This document shows positions 46,314-57,933 of a stretch of 64,000 nucleotides of DNA, piece by piece. The notes beneath the pieces were generated by a model. It was not told the DNA's origin. It was given only the letters and a program-made list of their open reading frames with translations, and ran no database searches. Origin of the DNA: Candidatus Ruminimicrobiellum bubulum (GTDB lineage: Bacteria > Elusimicrobiota > Endomicrobiia > Endomicrobiales > Endomicrobiaceae). The DNA lies in NCBI GenBank assembly GCA_017651625.1, contig JAGCCP010000058.1, positions 12,585 through 76,584 on the forward strand, in the 5' to 3' direction. How positions within the stretch are numbered: position 1 is the first letter of the stretch; each line of letters starts with the position of its first letter. The translations under genes and the position numbers were made by a program.

Positions 46314-47326
46314 AATATTTGATTACTGGTGGTTGTGGCTTTCTTGGTTCAAATATTGCTTCCCAAGTGTTAAAACAAAAAGATGATTTGATAATATATG
46401 ACAATTTATCACGAGTTGGTGGGGAAAAAAATTTAGAATGGTTAAAATCTTTAGGCAATTTTAAATTTTATAAAGAAAACACTGCTGATTTTAATAAAAT
46501 TTCTAAAGTTATTAAAGAAGAACAACCTGATGTTATTTATCACTTAGCAGGGCAAGTCGCAATGACTACATCCATTTTAAATCCTCGTCTTGATTTTGAA
46601 ACAAATGTTTTAGGAAGTTTTAATGTCTTAGAAAGCGTTCGTCAATTTTCTCCAAATACAATAGTTGTTTATTCTTCCACAAACAAAGTCTTTGGTGATT
46701 TGGAATATTTAAAATATGAAGAAACAGAAACAAGATATATTTGCAGACAGTATCCGAATGGATTTGATGAAAATATAAATTTGGAATTTCATTCTCCTTA
46801 CGGATGTTCGAAAGGTTCTGCAGACCAATATATGCTTGATTATGCAAGAATATTTAAACTTAATACAATAGTTTTTAGACATTCATCAATGTATGGAGCA
46901 AGGCAATTCGGAACATTTGATCAGGGCTGGATAAGTTGGTTTTGTCAAAAAGCAATAGAAACAAAAGCAGACAGTAAAACAACTTTTACAATATCGGGTA
47001 ATGGAAAGCAAGTCAGAGATGTGTTATATGCCGATGATATGATTGACTTATATATAACGGCACCAAAATATATAGAAAAAGCAAAAGGACAAGTATTCAA
47101 TATCGGTGGTGGTATGAAAAATAGTTTGTCATTACTTGAACTTTTTTCTCTATTAGAAAATGAGTTAAACATAAAATTAAACTATGCAAAACTACCACCG
47201 AGAGAAAGCGATCAAAAAATTTTTGTAGCAGATATTTTAAAAGCAAATAAAATATTTAATTGGTATCCAAAAGTCGATAGTTTAACTGGAATTAGAAATA
47301 TGTTAAAGTGGCTTGAAAGTTTGTAG
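46310..47326 (+). CDS. CDP-paratose 2-epimerase-like (tyvelose epimerase family)
   Basis: ITGGCGFLGSN, HLAGQVAMTTS, YSSTNKV.GDL, HSPYGCSKG.ADQYMLDYARIF, FRHSSMYG.RQF...DQGW..WF. These closely match my recollection of Salmonella RfbE/Tyv. Confidence 0.8.
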   Translation: MKYLITGGCGFLGSNIASQVLKQKDDLIIYDNLSRVGGEKNLEWLKSLGNFKFYKENTADFNKISKVIKEEQPDVIYHLAGQVAMTTSILNPRLDFETNVLGSFNVLESVRQFSPNTIVVYSSTNKVFGDLEYLKYEETETRYICRQYPNGFDENINLEFHSPYGCSKGSADQYMLDYARIFKLNTIVFRHSSMYGARQFGTFDQGWISWFCQKAIETKADSKTTFTISGNGKQVRDVLYADDMIDLYITAPKYIEKAKGQVFNIGGGMKNSLSLLELFSLLENELNIKLNYAKLPPRESDQKIFVADILKANKIFNWYPKVDSLTGIRNMLKWLESL

Positions 47327-47359
47327 AAGAAAAGTATTAATAAAATAGGATTTTTGTTT

Positions 47360-48397
47360 ATGTTGGATAATTTAGAAATATTTATAATAACTTATAATAG
47401 AATAGAAAAATTAGGATATACTCTTAACAGAATTTTAGAAGGCCCCATCAAGAACTACGATATAAAAATTCTTGATAATTGTTCTGACGATGGAACGAAA
47501 GAATTCTGTGAAGATTTTATTGAAAAACATGATAATTTTAAATATGTTCGTAATAAAATTAATATTGGATTATCTGGAAATATAATTAGAGCAATGGAGC
47601 TTGCATCAAAAAAATGGTTATGGATTTTATGCGATGATGATGATTATGATTGGGATAATTGGGAAGAAATAGAAACAGCTCTAAAACAAGATTATGATAT
47701 TGTTCACACAACATATTCTGAGGGTTTTAGAAGTGAAGAGTATCCCTATTTGATAAATGAAGAAGCATTTATTCCAACATGTATTTATAATACTAAACAT
47801 ATTACACCTTTAACAATGCAAAATGCTTATGCTATGGCATATACTTTATTGCCACATCATGCAATAGGCTGTAAAGTTATTAATGAAAAAGGCAAGATAT
47901 TTGTTCCTAAAAAGAGATGTGTGTTGCAGGGATATAATGATAAATTGAATTTTATAAGAATGCCAAAAAAAGGGTTGTTTCATAAATTGGATGATTATCA
48001 GCTTTTAGCTGGGTATGTTGGTGCATATAAACTAATAGAAGATGAAAATATAAGACAAAAATGTAATTCCACTTTGTGTTTAGGACAATCTTTAAAAAGT
48101 TCTATATATTGGTTTTCTGAAATGAATCCAAGAAATAATTTGTACAATGTTTTCGAAATTATTTTGTCTTTAAAAAGAGAATATTTGAATGATTCTTTGA
48201 TTTCAATATTACAGAAAAATGAAAAATTTGATAAATTTACGAGATGTTTGTTGAAAAAATATATACTTGTCGGTACATATGTTAAAATAAAAAAAATTAT
48301 TAAATTTATTTTTAATATAAAAACAATAAAATTTGAGAAAGACTATAGAATAGTTAAGATTTTGTTTTTTAAAATAAAAATAAAAAAGTTTAAATGA
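47360..48397 (+). CDS. Glycosyltransferase family 2
   Basis: IFIITYNR...LDNCSDDGT plus a DDD motif (WILCDDDDY). Confidence 0.75.
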   Translation: MLDNLEIFIITYNRIEKLGYTLNRILEGPIKNYDIKILDNCSDDGTKEFCEDFIEKHDNFKYVRNKINIGLSGNIIRAMELASKKWLWILCDDDDYDWDNWEEIETALKQDYDIVHTTYSEGFRSEEYPYLINEEAFIPTCIYNTKHITPLTMQNAYAMAYTLLPHHAIGCKVINEKGKIFVPKKRCVLQGYNDKLNFIRMPKKGLFHKLDDYQLLAGYVGAYKLIEDENIRQKCNSTLCLGQSLKSSIYWFSEMNPRNNLYNVFEIILSLKREYLNDSLISILQKNEKFDKFTRCLLKKYILVGTYVKIKKIIKFIFNIKTIKFEKDYRIVKILFFKIKIKKFK

Positions 48398-48404
48398 GAA
48401 AAAA

Positions 48405-49544
48405 ATGTCAAATAATCCAATAGTATCCGTATTTATACCATATTATAACGATAAAGAGTTTTTGAAACATTCAATAGAATCTGTATTAAATCAAACTTAT
48501 CAAAATTGGGAACTAATATTACTAAATCATGCTACACAAGACAGTTGTAGACAGATTGCTCATTCATATAATGATGTAAGAATAAAACATATTGATATGC
48601 CGTATAATTTGGGATATGGCGGTTCAGGTTTTTTATTGAAAGAAAGTTTAAAGATTGCAAAAGGGAAATATATAAAGTTATTTTGTGCCGATGATATTAT
48701 GGTAACAGACGGATTAGAAAAACTTGTTAATTATATGGAAGAAAATTCTAATGTGGATTTTGCATTTGGTAATGTTGAATATATCGATTTTAAAGGTAAA
48801 GATTTGAAAAAAAATTGGTTCGAATCAAGAGAAGGTTTCAATATAAACATAAAAGAAGTTGAGTTGATAAAAAAATATTCTGAATTTATAGGCCTTTTGC
48901 CATATATAGGTTGTATAATAAAAAAAGAAATACTATTTAACATAACAATAAATACTACATTTATCTATATGTTTGATTGGTCTTTGTGGTTGGAGTTGCT
49001 ATGTGCGAAATATAAAATAGGTTTTTGTAACGAAATTGTAGCCAAATATAGATTCCATACCGGCCAAGTATCTTCACCAAGTCAACACTTAAATGTATTC
49101 TATTTAACAACTTTTGAACGAGCATATTTTTGGCATATATTTCAAAAAATTCAAGATATTGAAACTGCAAAAAAAGTTTTCTGTGACAGCAAATATGTTG
49201 ATATGTTAAAAGAAAAGGAAGATATTCCTTTTTTTGTTGCACAAGCTCTTTTAAAGAATAATCAATACTGCATCTATGCATACTCATATGTATCAAAATT
49301 GTTAAACAACGAACAAACAAGAGAATATTTACAAAAAACTTTTAATTACGGTATAAAAGACCTTAGAAAAGATTGCATGGATAATTTTACTGTTAGAAAA
49401 GTTGCCATTGAAAATAGACGAAAAGTTTATATGAAGAATGTTGGAGAGCTAAATTTCAAAGATTTGATATTTTTGTTTTTTTATAAAATCTATTTATTCT
49501 TTACTTTTACTTTAACAGAAAAGAGAAAAAACAAAAGCTTATAG
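48405..49544 (+). CDS. Glycosyltransferase family 2
   Basis: VSVFIPYYND...SVLNQTYQNWELILLNHATQD...FCADD. Confidence 0.8.
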   Translation: MSNNPIVSVFIPYYNDKEFLKHSIESVLNQTYQNWELILLNHATQDSCRQIAHSYNDVRIKHIDMPYNLGYGGSGFLLKESLKIAKGKYIKLFCADDIMVTDGLEKLVNYMEENSNVDFAFGNVEYIDFKGKDLKKNWFESREGFNINIKEVELIKKYSEFIGLLPYIGCIIKKEILFNITINTTFIYMFDWSLWLELLCAKYKIGFCNEIVAKYRFHTGQVSSPSQHLNVFYLTTFERAYFWHIFQKIQDIETAKKVFCDSKYVDMLKEKEDIPFFVAQALLKNNQYCIYAYSYVSKLLNNEQTREYLQKTFNYGIKDLRKDCMDNFTVRKVAIENRRKVYMKNVGELNFKDLIFLFFYKIYLFFTFTLTEKRKNKSL

Positions 49545-49553
49545 TAACAAAAA

Positions 49554-50396
49554 ATGAAAACAATATTATTAACAGGTTCAGGCGGATTTATAGGCAAGAA
49601 TTTAAAAGGATATTTAAAAGATAAATATAATCTTTTAACTCCGAGAAGTTTTGAACTTAATTTAATAAATTCAGATGAAGTTAAGAAATATTTCGAAGAA
49701 AATAAAATCGATTTCGTAATTCATTGCGCATCGGTCGGCGGCGCAAGAGATATTCAAGATAAAGATACAACCATTGAGGATAATCTTGCAATGGTTGATA
49801 ATGTTTTAAAATATAAATCCGATAACGTTCGTGTTATATTATTTGGTTCGGGTGCAATGTACGATAAATCAAGAAATTTACATAAAGTTAAAGAAACAGA
49901 AATAGGTAAATTTATTCCCAATGATTTGTATGGCAAATCGAAAATGCTGATTGCCGAAAAAATTAAAGATAGAAAAGATGTTTTAATGTTAAATATTTTT
50001 GCCTGTTACGGGTACGGAGAAAAAGAAAGCAGATTCCCTACTTATGCAATTAAAAGTGTTATTGACGGTAAGAATATAGAAATAAATCAAAATGTTATTT
50101 TTGATTATCTTTGGGCTGAAGATATGGAAAAAATTATCCATTACTTTATAGAACACGAACACAAAAACAATATAATAAATATAACACCGACACAAAGTAT
50201 AAGTCTTTCGGAAATAGCAGAAATAGTTAATGGTTTTGAAAATAATAAAGTGGATATAATTATAAAAAATAAAATAATGAACAATGAATATACGGGAGAC
50301 AATACCCTTTTATTATCTGAATTTCCAAATTTAAATTTTACCGACATTAAACAAGGTTTAAAAAAATTATATAATTACTATAAACAAATAAAATAG
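49554..50396 (+). CDS. NAD-dependent epimerase/dehydratase family protein
   Basis: LLTGSGGFIGKNL Rossmann motif and YGKSK (YxxxK). Confidence 0.75.
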   Translation: MKTILLTGSGGFIGKNLKGYLKDKYNLLTPRSFELNLINSDEVKKYFEENKIDFVIHCASVGGARDIQDKDTTIEDNLAMVDNVLKYKSDNVRVILFGSGAMYDKSRNLHKVKETEIGKFIPNDLYGKSKMLIAEKIKDRKDVLMLNIFACYGYGEKESRFPTYAIKSVIDGKNIEINQNVIFDYLWAEDMEKIIHYFIEHEHKNNIINITPTQSISLSEIAEIVNGFENNKVDIIIKNKIMNNEYTGDNTLLLSEFPNLNFTDIKQGLKKLYNYYKQIK

Positions 50397-50405
50397 GGTA
50401 CAGAA

Positions 50406-51230
50406 ATGAATAATTTAGAAAAGAGAATGGTTCATACGTTAGAAAATTTAAGGCAGGAACACAATGTTATTGGTGTCAAAGCGGAATTTGAGGCTGAAGG
50501 CACAAGAATGGAAGAAGCTTTAAGATTAAAAGAAGTTGTAACAAAAGCAGGTCTTGAACTAACAATAAAAACAGGCGGATGTGAAGCCATAAAAGATATG
50601 TATGATGCAAGAACAATAGGAGTTAACACAATAGTTGCACCGATGATAGAAACTGCTTATGCCGCAAAAAAATATGTTCAAGCAACAAAATTTGTTTTTC
50701 CTGAAGAGGAAAGACAAGATATATCTTTTTATATGAACATAGAAACAATAACCGGTTTTAATAATTTGGAAGATATATTACAATCGAAAACTTCTAATGA
50801 TATAAGCGGTATAGTTTTGGGCAGAGTAGATATGACCGGTTCCATGGGATTAACCAGAGAAGATATTAATTGTGAAGAAATTTTTGAAATCGCAAACAAG
50901 ATGGCTACATTGTGTCAAAAATATAACAAAAAGTTTATTATCGGCGGTGGAGTATCTTTTCATTCAATGCCGTTTTTTAAAAGATTGCCTAAAAATTCTT
51001 TGTATAAATTTGAAACGAGAAAAATAGTTTTCGATGCACAGAAAGCATTTGAAGATAAAAACATAGATAAAGGAATTTTAAAAGCTGTAGGCTTTGAATT
51101 GATGTGGCTCAAGAACAAAAGAAAATTCTATGAAATGATATTTAAAGAAGACGAAAAAAGAATCGTTATGCTTGAAGACAGATATAAAAAATTGATAGAA
51201 GAAACCGGAGTAAATGTTGAAGCAATTTAA
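50406..51230 (+). CDS. HpcH/HpaI aldolase / citrate-lyase-beta-like family protein
   Basis: TIM-barrel pattern GVKAEFEAEG...IVAPMIETA...NIETITG...GIVLGRVDMTGSMG. Confidence 0.6.
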   Translation: MNNLEKRMVHTLENLRQEHNVIGVKAEFEAEGTRMEEALRLKEVVTKAGLELTIKTGGCEAIKDMYDARTIGVNTIVAPMIETAYAAKKYVQATKFVFPEEERQDISFYMNIETITGFNNLEDILQSKTSNDISGIVLGRVDMTGSMGLTREDINCEEIFEIANKMATLCQKYNKKFIIGGGVSFHSMPFFKRLPKNSLYKFETRKIVFDAQKAFEDKNIDKGILKAVGFELMWLKNKRKFYEMIFKEDEKRIVMLEDRYKKLIEETGVNVEAI

Positions 51231-51864
51231 TGAGTACGATAATTTTATTTTCGATTTCGACGGGACTTTGGCAGATACCGCAGATGAAGTTTTATCTTGT
51301 ATAGAAAAAGCTTTTAACAAATGTAATGTTACTTTTGATAAAAAAAGATTGAATCCGTCTGTTATGGGACCGTCTTTAGCGGAAATAGCTAAAATAGTTA
51401 AACCGGACTTAACGGACGAAAATGTTGTAAACAGCATAGTTTCTGAATATAGAAAAATTTACGATTATGATGAAAACGATATAACGAAATTATATGACGG
51501 TATTAGAGATTGGATGATAGAGCTGAAGCAAAATAACAAAAAAATATTCATTGCTACAAATAAACCGAAGATTCCTACATTGCGATTGGTAAAAAGTTTG
51601 AATATAGATTTTTTCGATGATGTTTATATGGTAGATAAATACGACGATAAAAAGTTGAGCAAGCAACAAATGATAGAAGAGATAGTTTCAAAATATAATC
51701 TGTCGAAAGAAAAAACCGTAATGGTTGGCGATTGTTTAAGTGATGTTGAAGCCGCAAAGAAAGCAGGTGTTTTATCGCTTGTTGCTTTGTGGGGATACGG
51801 TGCGGATAAAAAAGCATTAAAAGATAAGTCCGATTTTTATTTAGAGAAAATAACAAATGATTAA
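51214..51864 (+). CDS. HAD-superfamily hydrolase (phosphoglycolate-phosphatase-like)
   Basis: Motif I FIFDFDGTLADT, motif II IATNK, motif IV VGDCLSDVEAA. Confidence 0.8.
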   Translation: MLKQFNEYDNFIFDFDGTLADTADEVLSCIEKAFNKCNVTFDKKRLNPSVMGPSLAEIAKIVKPDLTDENVVNSIVSEYRKIYDYDENDITKLYDGIRDWMIELKQNNKKIFIATNKPKIPTLRLVKSLNIDFFDDVYMVDKYDDKKLSKQQMIEEIVSKYNLSKEKTVMVGDCLSDVEAAKKAGVLSLVALWGYGADKKALKDKSDFYLEKITND

Positions 51865-53635
51865 ATTGTCTGATTATGTAGCTAAACGATTAAGAGATAT
51901 TTATAAAGTGAAAACTGTTTTTATGGTTTCCGGCGGTGGAGCCATGCACTTAAATAACAGTTTCGGTAAATATATTCATTATGTTTGTAACCACCACGAA
52001 CAAGCATGTGCGATTGCTGCTGAAGGTTATTCAAGAGTGAACAGAGAACTTGCGGTTGTAAATGTTACAACAGGTCCTGGGGGACTTAATTGTTTGAACG
52101 GAGTATTCGGGCAATGGACCGATTCCGTTCCCGTTCTATATGTTTCCGGACAAGTTAAATACTCAACAACGATGGCAAGTTGCAGCAATATAAAATTAAG
52201 ACAACTCGGTGATCAGGAAGTTGATATTGTTGGTGTTGTTAAACCGTTAACAAAATATGCCGTTATGGTTACAAATCCAAACGAAATAAAATATCATTTG
52301 GATAAAGCAATTTATGAAGCGACTCACGGAAGATTCGGCCCCGTATGGCTTGATATACCTATGAATGTACAAGCTGCAATGATAAACGAAAAAAACTTAA
52401 AAGAATTTAAAAAGCCTAAAATAAAAAACGAAAAAATAAATATAGATAAAATAATCGAAAAAATAAAAAAATCAGAAAGACCGCTCATTGTCGCAGGGCA
52501 TGGTATAAGATTATCAGATACACAAAAAGAATTTTATAAGTTAATTAAAAATTTAAAAGTTCCGGTTGTTACAACTTTTAACGGTTTTGATTTAATGGAA
52601 ACAGACAATAAATATTATATCGGAAGAATAGGGACGGTAGGGCAAAGAGCCGGAAATTTCGCACTACAAAATGCCGATTTAATTTTGTTTTTAGGAACAA
52701 GAAATAATATAAGACAAGTAAGTTACAATTGGGAAAATTTTGCTAAAAATGCTTTTAAAATCGTTGTTGATATTGATGACAACGAATTAAAAAAGCCTCT
52801 TGTAAAGCCGAATTTGGCGGTAAATACCGACTTGAAAATTTTTATACCTCAATTATTAAAAAAAATAGATAATGTTAATTCTTCAAAATATTTTAAGTGG
52901 CTAAATTTTTGCAAAAATTTAAAAAATAAATATTGTTTTGAAAATTATAAAGAACAGAAACAAAAACCGAATATAATTGAACCTTACCGTTTTGTTTATA
53001 CACTAACAAGATGTTTAAAAGAAAATGATGTTTTTGTTATGGCAAACGGTTCTGCTTGTGTGTGCGGTTTTCAAACATCAGTAGTCAAAAAAAATCAGAG
53101 ATTTATTTTGAACGGCGGAGATGCATCCATGGGTTATGCACTTCCTGCAAGTATAGGCGCTAGTTTATCTTCTAAAAACAGAAATGTTGTTTGTTTGGAA
53201 GGTGACGGTTCAATAATGATGAATATACAGGAACTGCAAACCATAAAACATAATAAGTTACCGATAAAAATATTTGTTATAAATAACAACGGATATTCGT
53301 CAATTCGTCAAACACAAAGAAATTTCTTTAACGGTAAAATGACCGGATCGGGTACGGATAGCGGAGTAAGTGTTCCCGATTTTGTAAAAATAGGAAAAGC
53401 CTTCGGATTGAAAACAAAAAGAATAAAAAATCCAAAAAATATGGAAAACGGAATAAAAGAGGTTTTAAAATTTAATGGTCCCGTTTTATGCGAGGTTATG
53501 GTGGAAAAAGAATATTCTTTCTTACCTAAACTTTCATCAAAAAAACTTCCCGACGGAACAATGGTATCACCCACACTTGAAGATATGTTTCCTTTCTTAG
53601 ACAGAAAAGAATTTGAAGAAAACATTATAAAATAA
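51857..53635 (+). CDS. Thiamine-pyrophosphate-dependent enzyme, acetolactate-synthase-large-subunit-like (YerE-like candidate)
   Basis: Three-domain ALS-like layout. N-terminal HEQACAIAAEGYSR and TTGPGGLN. The TPP motif GDGSIMMNIQELQT...VINNNGY lies in the C-terminal domain. Confidence 0.9.
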   Translation: MIKLSDYVAKRLRDIYKVKTVFMVSGGGAMHLNNSFGKYIHYVCNHHEQACAIAAEGYSRVNRELAVVNVTTGPGGLNCLNGVFGQWTDSVPVLYVSGQVKYSTTMASCSNIKLRQLGDQEVDIVGVVKPLTKYAVMVTNPNEIKYHLDKAIYEATHGRFGPVWLDIPMNVQAAMINEKNLKEFKKPKIKNEKINIDKIIEKIKKSERPLIVAGHGIRLSDTQKEFYKLIKNLKVPVVTTFNGFDLMETDNKYYIGRIGTVGQRAGNFALQNADLILFLGTRNNIRQVSYNWENFAKNAFKIVVDIDDNELKKPLVKPNLAVNTDLKIFIPQLLKKIDNVNSSKYFKWLNFCKNLKNKYCFENYKEQKQKPNIIEPYRFVYTLTRCLKENDVFVMANGSACVCGFQTSVVKKNQRFILNGGDASMGYALPASIGASLSSKNRNVVCLEGDGSIMMNIQELQTIKHNKLPIKIFVINNNGYSSIRQTQRNFFNGKMTGSGTDSGVSVPDFVKIGKAFGLKTKRIKNPKNMENGIKEVLKFNGPVLCEVMVEKEYSFLPKLSSKKLPDGTMVSPTLEDMFPFLDRKEFEENIIK

Positions 53636-53648
53636 AAGATATAAAATT

Positions 53649-54563
53649 TTATTTAAATAACTTGATAATGTTTTTTAATGGTATGGATATGGAATTATAC
53701 ATTAATCTTCTTATTTCATATAAATGAAGTCTATGACAAAGATATATTATTTTTAATTTGTTTGAGTTGTCTATTTCAAATATTAAATTCAATAAAAATT
53801 TTCTTTTTTCTTTATCTCGTATTTTTGAAACAAAGGTCAGTTCTTGTCCTAACATGATTTCTAAATAATAATTTGAATATTTTTTGAGAATATTAGAGTA
53901 TGTTTTTAATATATATTCCAAAGCTTTTGTTTTATTTTCGGGGTTAATGGATAATGAGTCTTTTTGTATGTAATAATCAAATAAAGGTTTATCAATGCAA
54001 TAAATTGAATGTTTTTGTTGAATTCGTAACAATATTTCTATCTCTTCACTTGTTGGAATGTTTGGGTTGAATAGGTTATGTTTAAATACCTCTGCTTTTC
54101 CGAGTAAAGATTGAGGCCAAATATTAATTGGCAACATATCCTCTTTCAAAAAACCTTCTTTAAAAATTTTAGGTGCTATTCTTTTTATTAAATTCCCGAT
54201 TGTGAATACTTTGCAAAAAACAACATCTGCATTATTTTCTTTCAGTGCATTAATTTGTATTTCTAATTTATCTGGGTGCCAAGCATCATCGCTGTCTTGA
54301 AGAGCGATATAATTACCTCTGGCGACTTCTATACCTTTATTTCTTGCAGCGCAACACCCCTGATTCTTTTGATAAATATATACAATTCTTTTGTCATTCA
54401 ACGATTCTATAACTTCTTTTGTGTTATCTGTAGAACCATCATCAATGATTATTAATTCTATATTTTGGTATGTTTGATTTAAAATGCTTTCTACAGATCT
54501 CTTTATAAGGTGAGCTCTGTTGTAAGTCGGTAATATTACTGAAATTAGGTCTGTATTATTCAT
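53649..54563 (-). CDS. Glycosyltransferase family 2
   Basis: ISVILPTYNR...SILNQTYQNIELIIIDDGSTD...LQDSDD. ATG 54563 is preferred over the track's TTG at 54584. Confidence 0.85.
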   Translation of the reverse strand: MNNTDLISVILPTYNRAHLIKRSVESILNQTYQNIELIIIDDGSTDNTKEVIESLNDKRIVYIYQKNQGCCAARNKGIEVARGNYIALQDSDDAWHPDKLEIQINALKENNADVVFCKVFTIGNLIKRIAPKIFKEGFLKEDMLPINIWPQSLLGKAEVFKHNLFNPNIPTSEEIEILLRIQQKHSIYCIDKPLFDYYIQKDSLSINPENKTKALEYILKTYSNILKKYSNYYLEIMLGQELTFVSKIRDKEKRKFLLNLIFEIDNSNKLKIIYLCHRLHLYEIRRLMYNSISIPLKNIIKLFK

Positions 54564-54677
54564 TCTGTGTACCTTTTGAAACAATTTCTATTTATTATTT
54601 GCAAATTATACATTTTTTTATGTATTAATAAAATTAAATGTTTTGCTTTTTTATAAATTCAAATATAAAATATAACA

Positions 54678-55697
54678 ATGAACAAAAATCTTAAGGATAA
54701 GCTTTTTATTGAATTAAATAAGCAACAAATATTTTCTTTTGAAGATATAAAAAACTTTCAAAAAGAAATTACGGATTTGTTCGTTAAAGAAAAATGTGTA
54801 AATTTTTTCGAATGGTTTAAAGATAATTATCAACAGCTGGAATATTTTTATAATTTGTTGGAAGATGAAAAAGAAAAACAATTGTATTTAAAGATGATTG
54901 TTTCAAAACTTTTAGGCCCTATATATGTAACCGAACAGGAAAGAGATAAATATATTCATTCGAGAGATATCTTTGATAGTTTGTTGGTAGATGATTCCAT
55001 CAGGCAATTAAAATCAGTTACAAGAAAATTAAAATTTTATAATTTGTTAAAACTCGGTTATGATATAAAAGTTTTCGGAGCAAGAGCATTGCTCGATAAA
55101 CTTGTAATCCATAACCAATATTCTTACAAAGATTGTAAAGTTGAAAAAGGGGATTTTGTTATAGATGCTGGCGGTTGTTGGGGAGATACTTCATTAATAT
55201 TTTCTTCAATAGTTGGCAATGAGGGGAAAATTTTTACATTTGAGTTTTTTGATGATAATTTGAATATACTTAGAGAAAATTTTTCTTATAACAAAAATCT
55301 TTCCGAAAATATTATTTTAACGGAACAACCGTTATATAACAAATCAAATAAAAATTTATATTTAAATCATGCTTGTGCCGATATTACAACATTAACAGAA
55401 AACAAAAATAATTTGAACCAATATAAAACAATATGTATTGATGATTTTGTTGAAAAAAACAAAGTGAAAAAAATAGATTTTATTAAAATGGATATAGAAG
55501 GTTACGAACTAAAAGCTTTGCAGGGTGCAACAAATACATTAAAAAAATATAAACCGAAACTTGCAATAGCTGCTTATCACAAATATGAAGATTATTACGA
55601 AATACCGAAATTTCTAAATGAATTAAATATAGGATATAAATTTTATTTTGCAAACTATACTTTAGTTTTTACGGATACTGTTATTTATGCAAAATAA
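54678..55697 (+). CDS. FkbM-family SAM-dependent methyltransferase
   Basis: VIDAGGCWGDTSL (SAM motif I) and IDFIKMDIEGYELKAL, typical of the FkbM domain. Confidence 0.75.
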   Translation: MNKNLKDKLFIELNKQQIFSFEDIKNFQKEITDLFVKEKCVNFFEWFKDNYQQLEYFYNLLEDEKEKQLYLKMIVSKLLGPIYVTEQERDKYIHSRDIFDSLLVDDSIRQLKSVTRKLKFYNLLKLGYDIKVFGARALLDKLVIHNQYSYKDCKVEKGDFVIDAGGCWGDTSLIFSSIVGNEGKIFTFEFFDDNLNILRENFSYNKNLSENIILTEQPLYNKSNKNLYLNHACADITTLTENKNNLNQYKTICIDDFVEKNKVKKIDFIKMDIEGYELKALQGATNTLKKYKPKLAIAAYHKYEDYYEIPKFLNELNIGYKFYFANYTLVFTDTVIYAK

Positions 55698-55715
55698 ATT
55701 TGCTATAATATAAAA

Positions 55716-57532
<1,817 letters not shown>

Positions 57533-57549
57533 AATACGGAGTTATAAAA

Positions 57550-57933
57550 ATGTCAAAGATTGTTTCTTTATTATTTTCTATTTTGTTTTTATCTCAAAAT
57601 ATATATGCAGACGGTGCAGCAGCTTCTGCGGCAACACCGGGCAGTGCATTCGGCGGATTAATGCCGTTATTAATAATTTTTATTTTTTTCTATTTGTTTT
57701 TGGTAAGACCTCAACAAAAACAGAGAAAAGAACTTGAAAGACAAATAAATGCTATAAAAAAAGACGATACAATACTTACTTCCGGTGGAATATATGCAAG
57801 AGTTATTGCTGTAAAAGAACAAGATGTTGAAGCTGAAATTTCACATAATGTCAGAGTAAAAATTGCTAAATCGGCTATTGTAAGTGTTATAGATAACAAT
57901 AAACCGGTTACTCCGGAAATAATTAAAAAGTAA
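57550..57933 (+). CDS. yajC: Preprotein translocase subunit YajC
   Basis: Single TM followed by FYLFLVRPQQKQRKE......K.D.I.TSGGIYARV. Confidence 0.85.
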   Translation: MSKIVSLLFSILFLSQNIYADGAAASAATPGSAFGGLMPLLIIFIFFYLFLVRPQQKQRKELERQINAIKKDDTILTSGGIYARVIAVKEQDVEAEISHNVRVKIAKSAIVSVIDNNKPVTPEIIKK

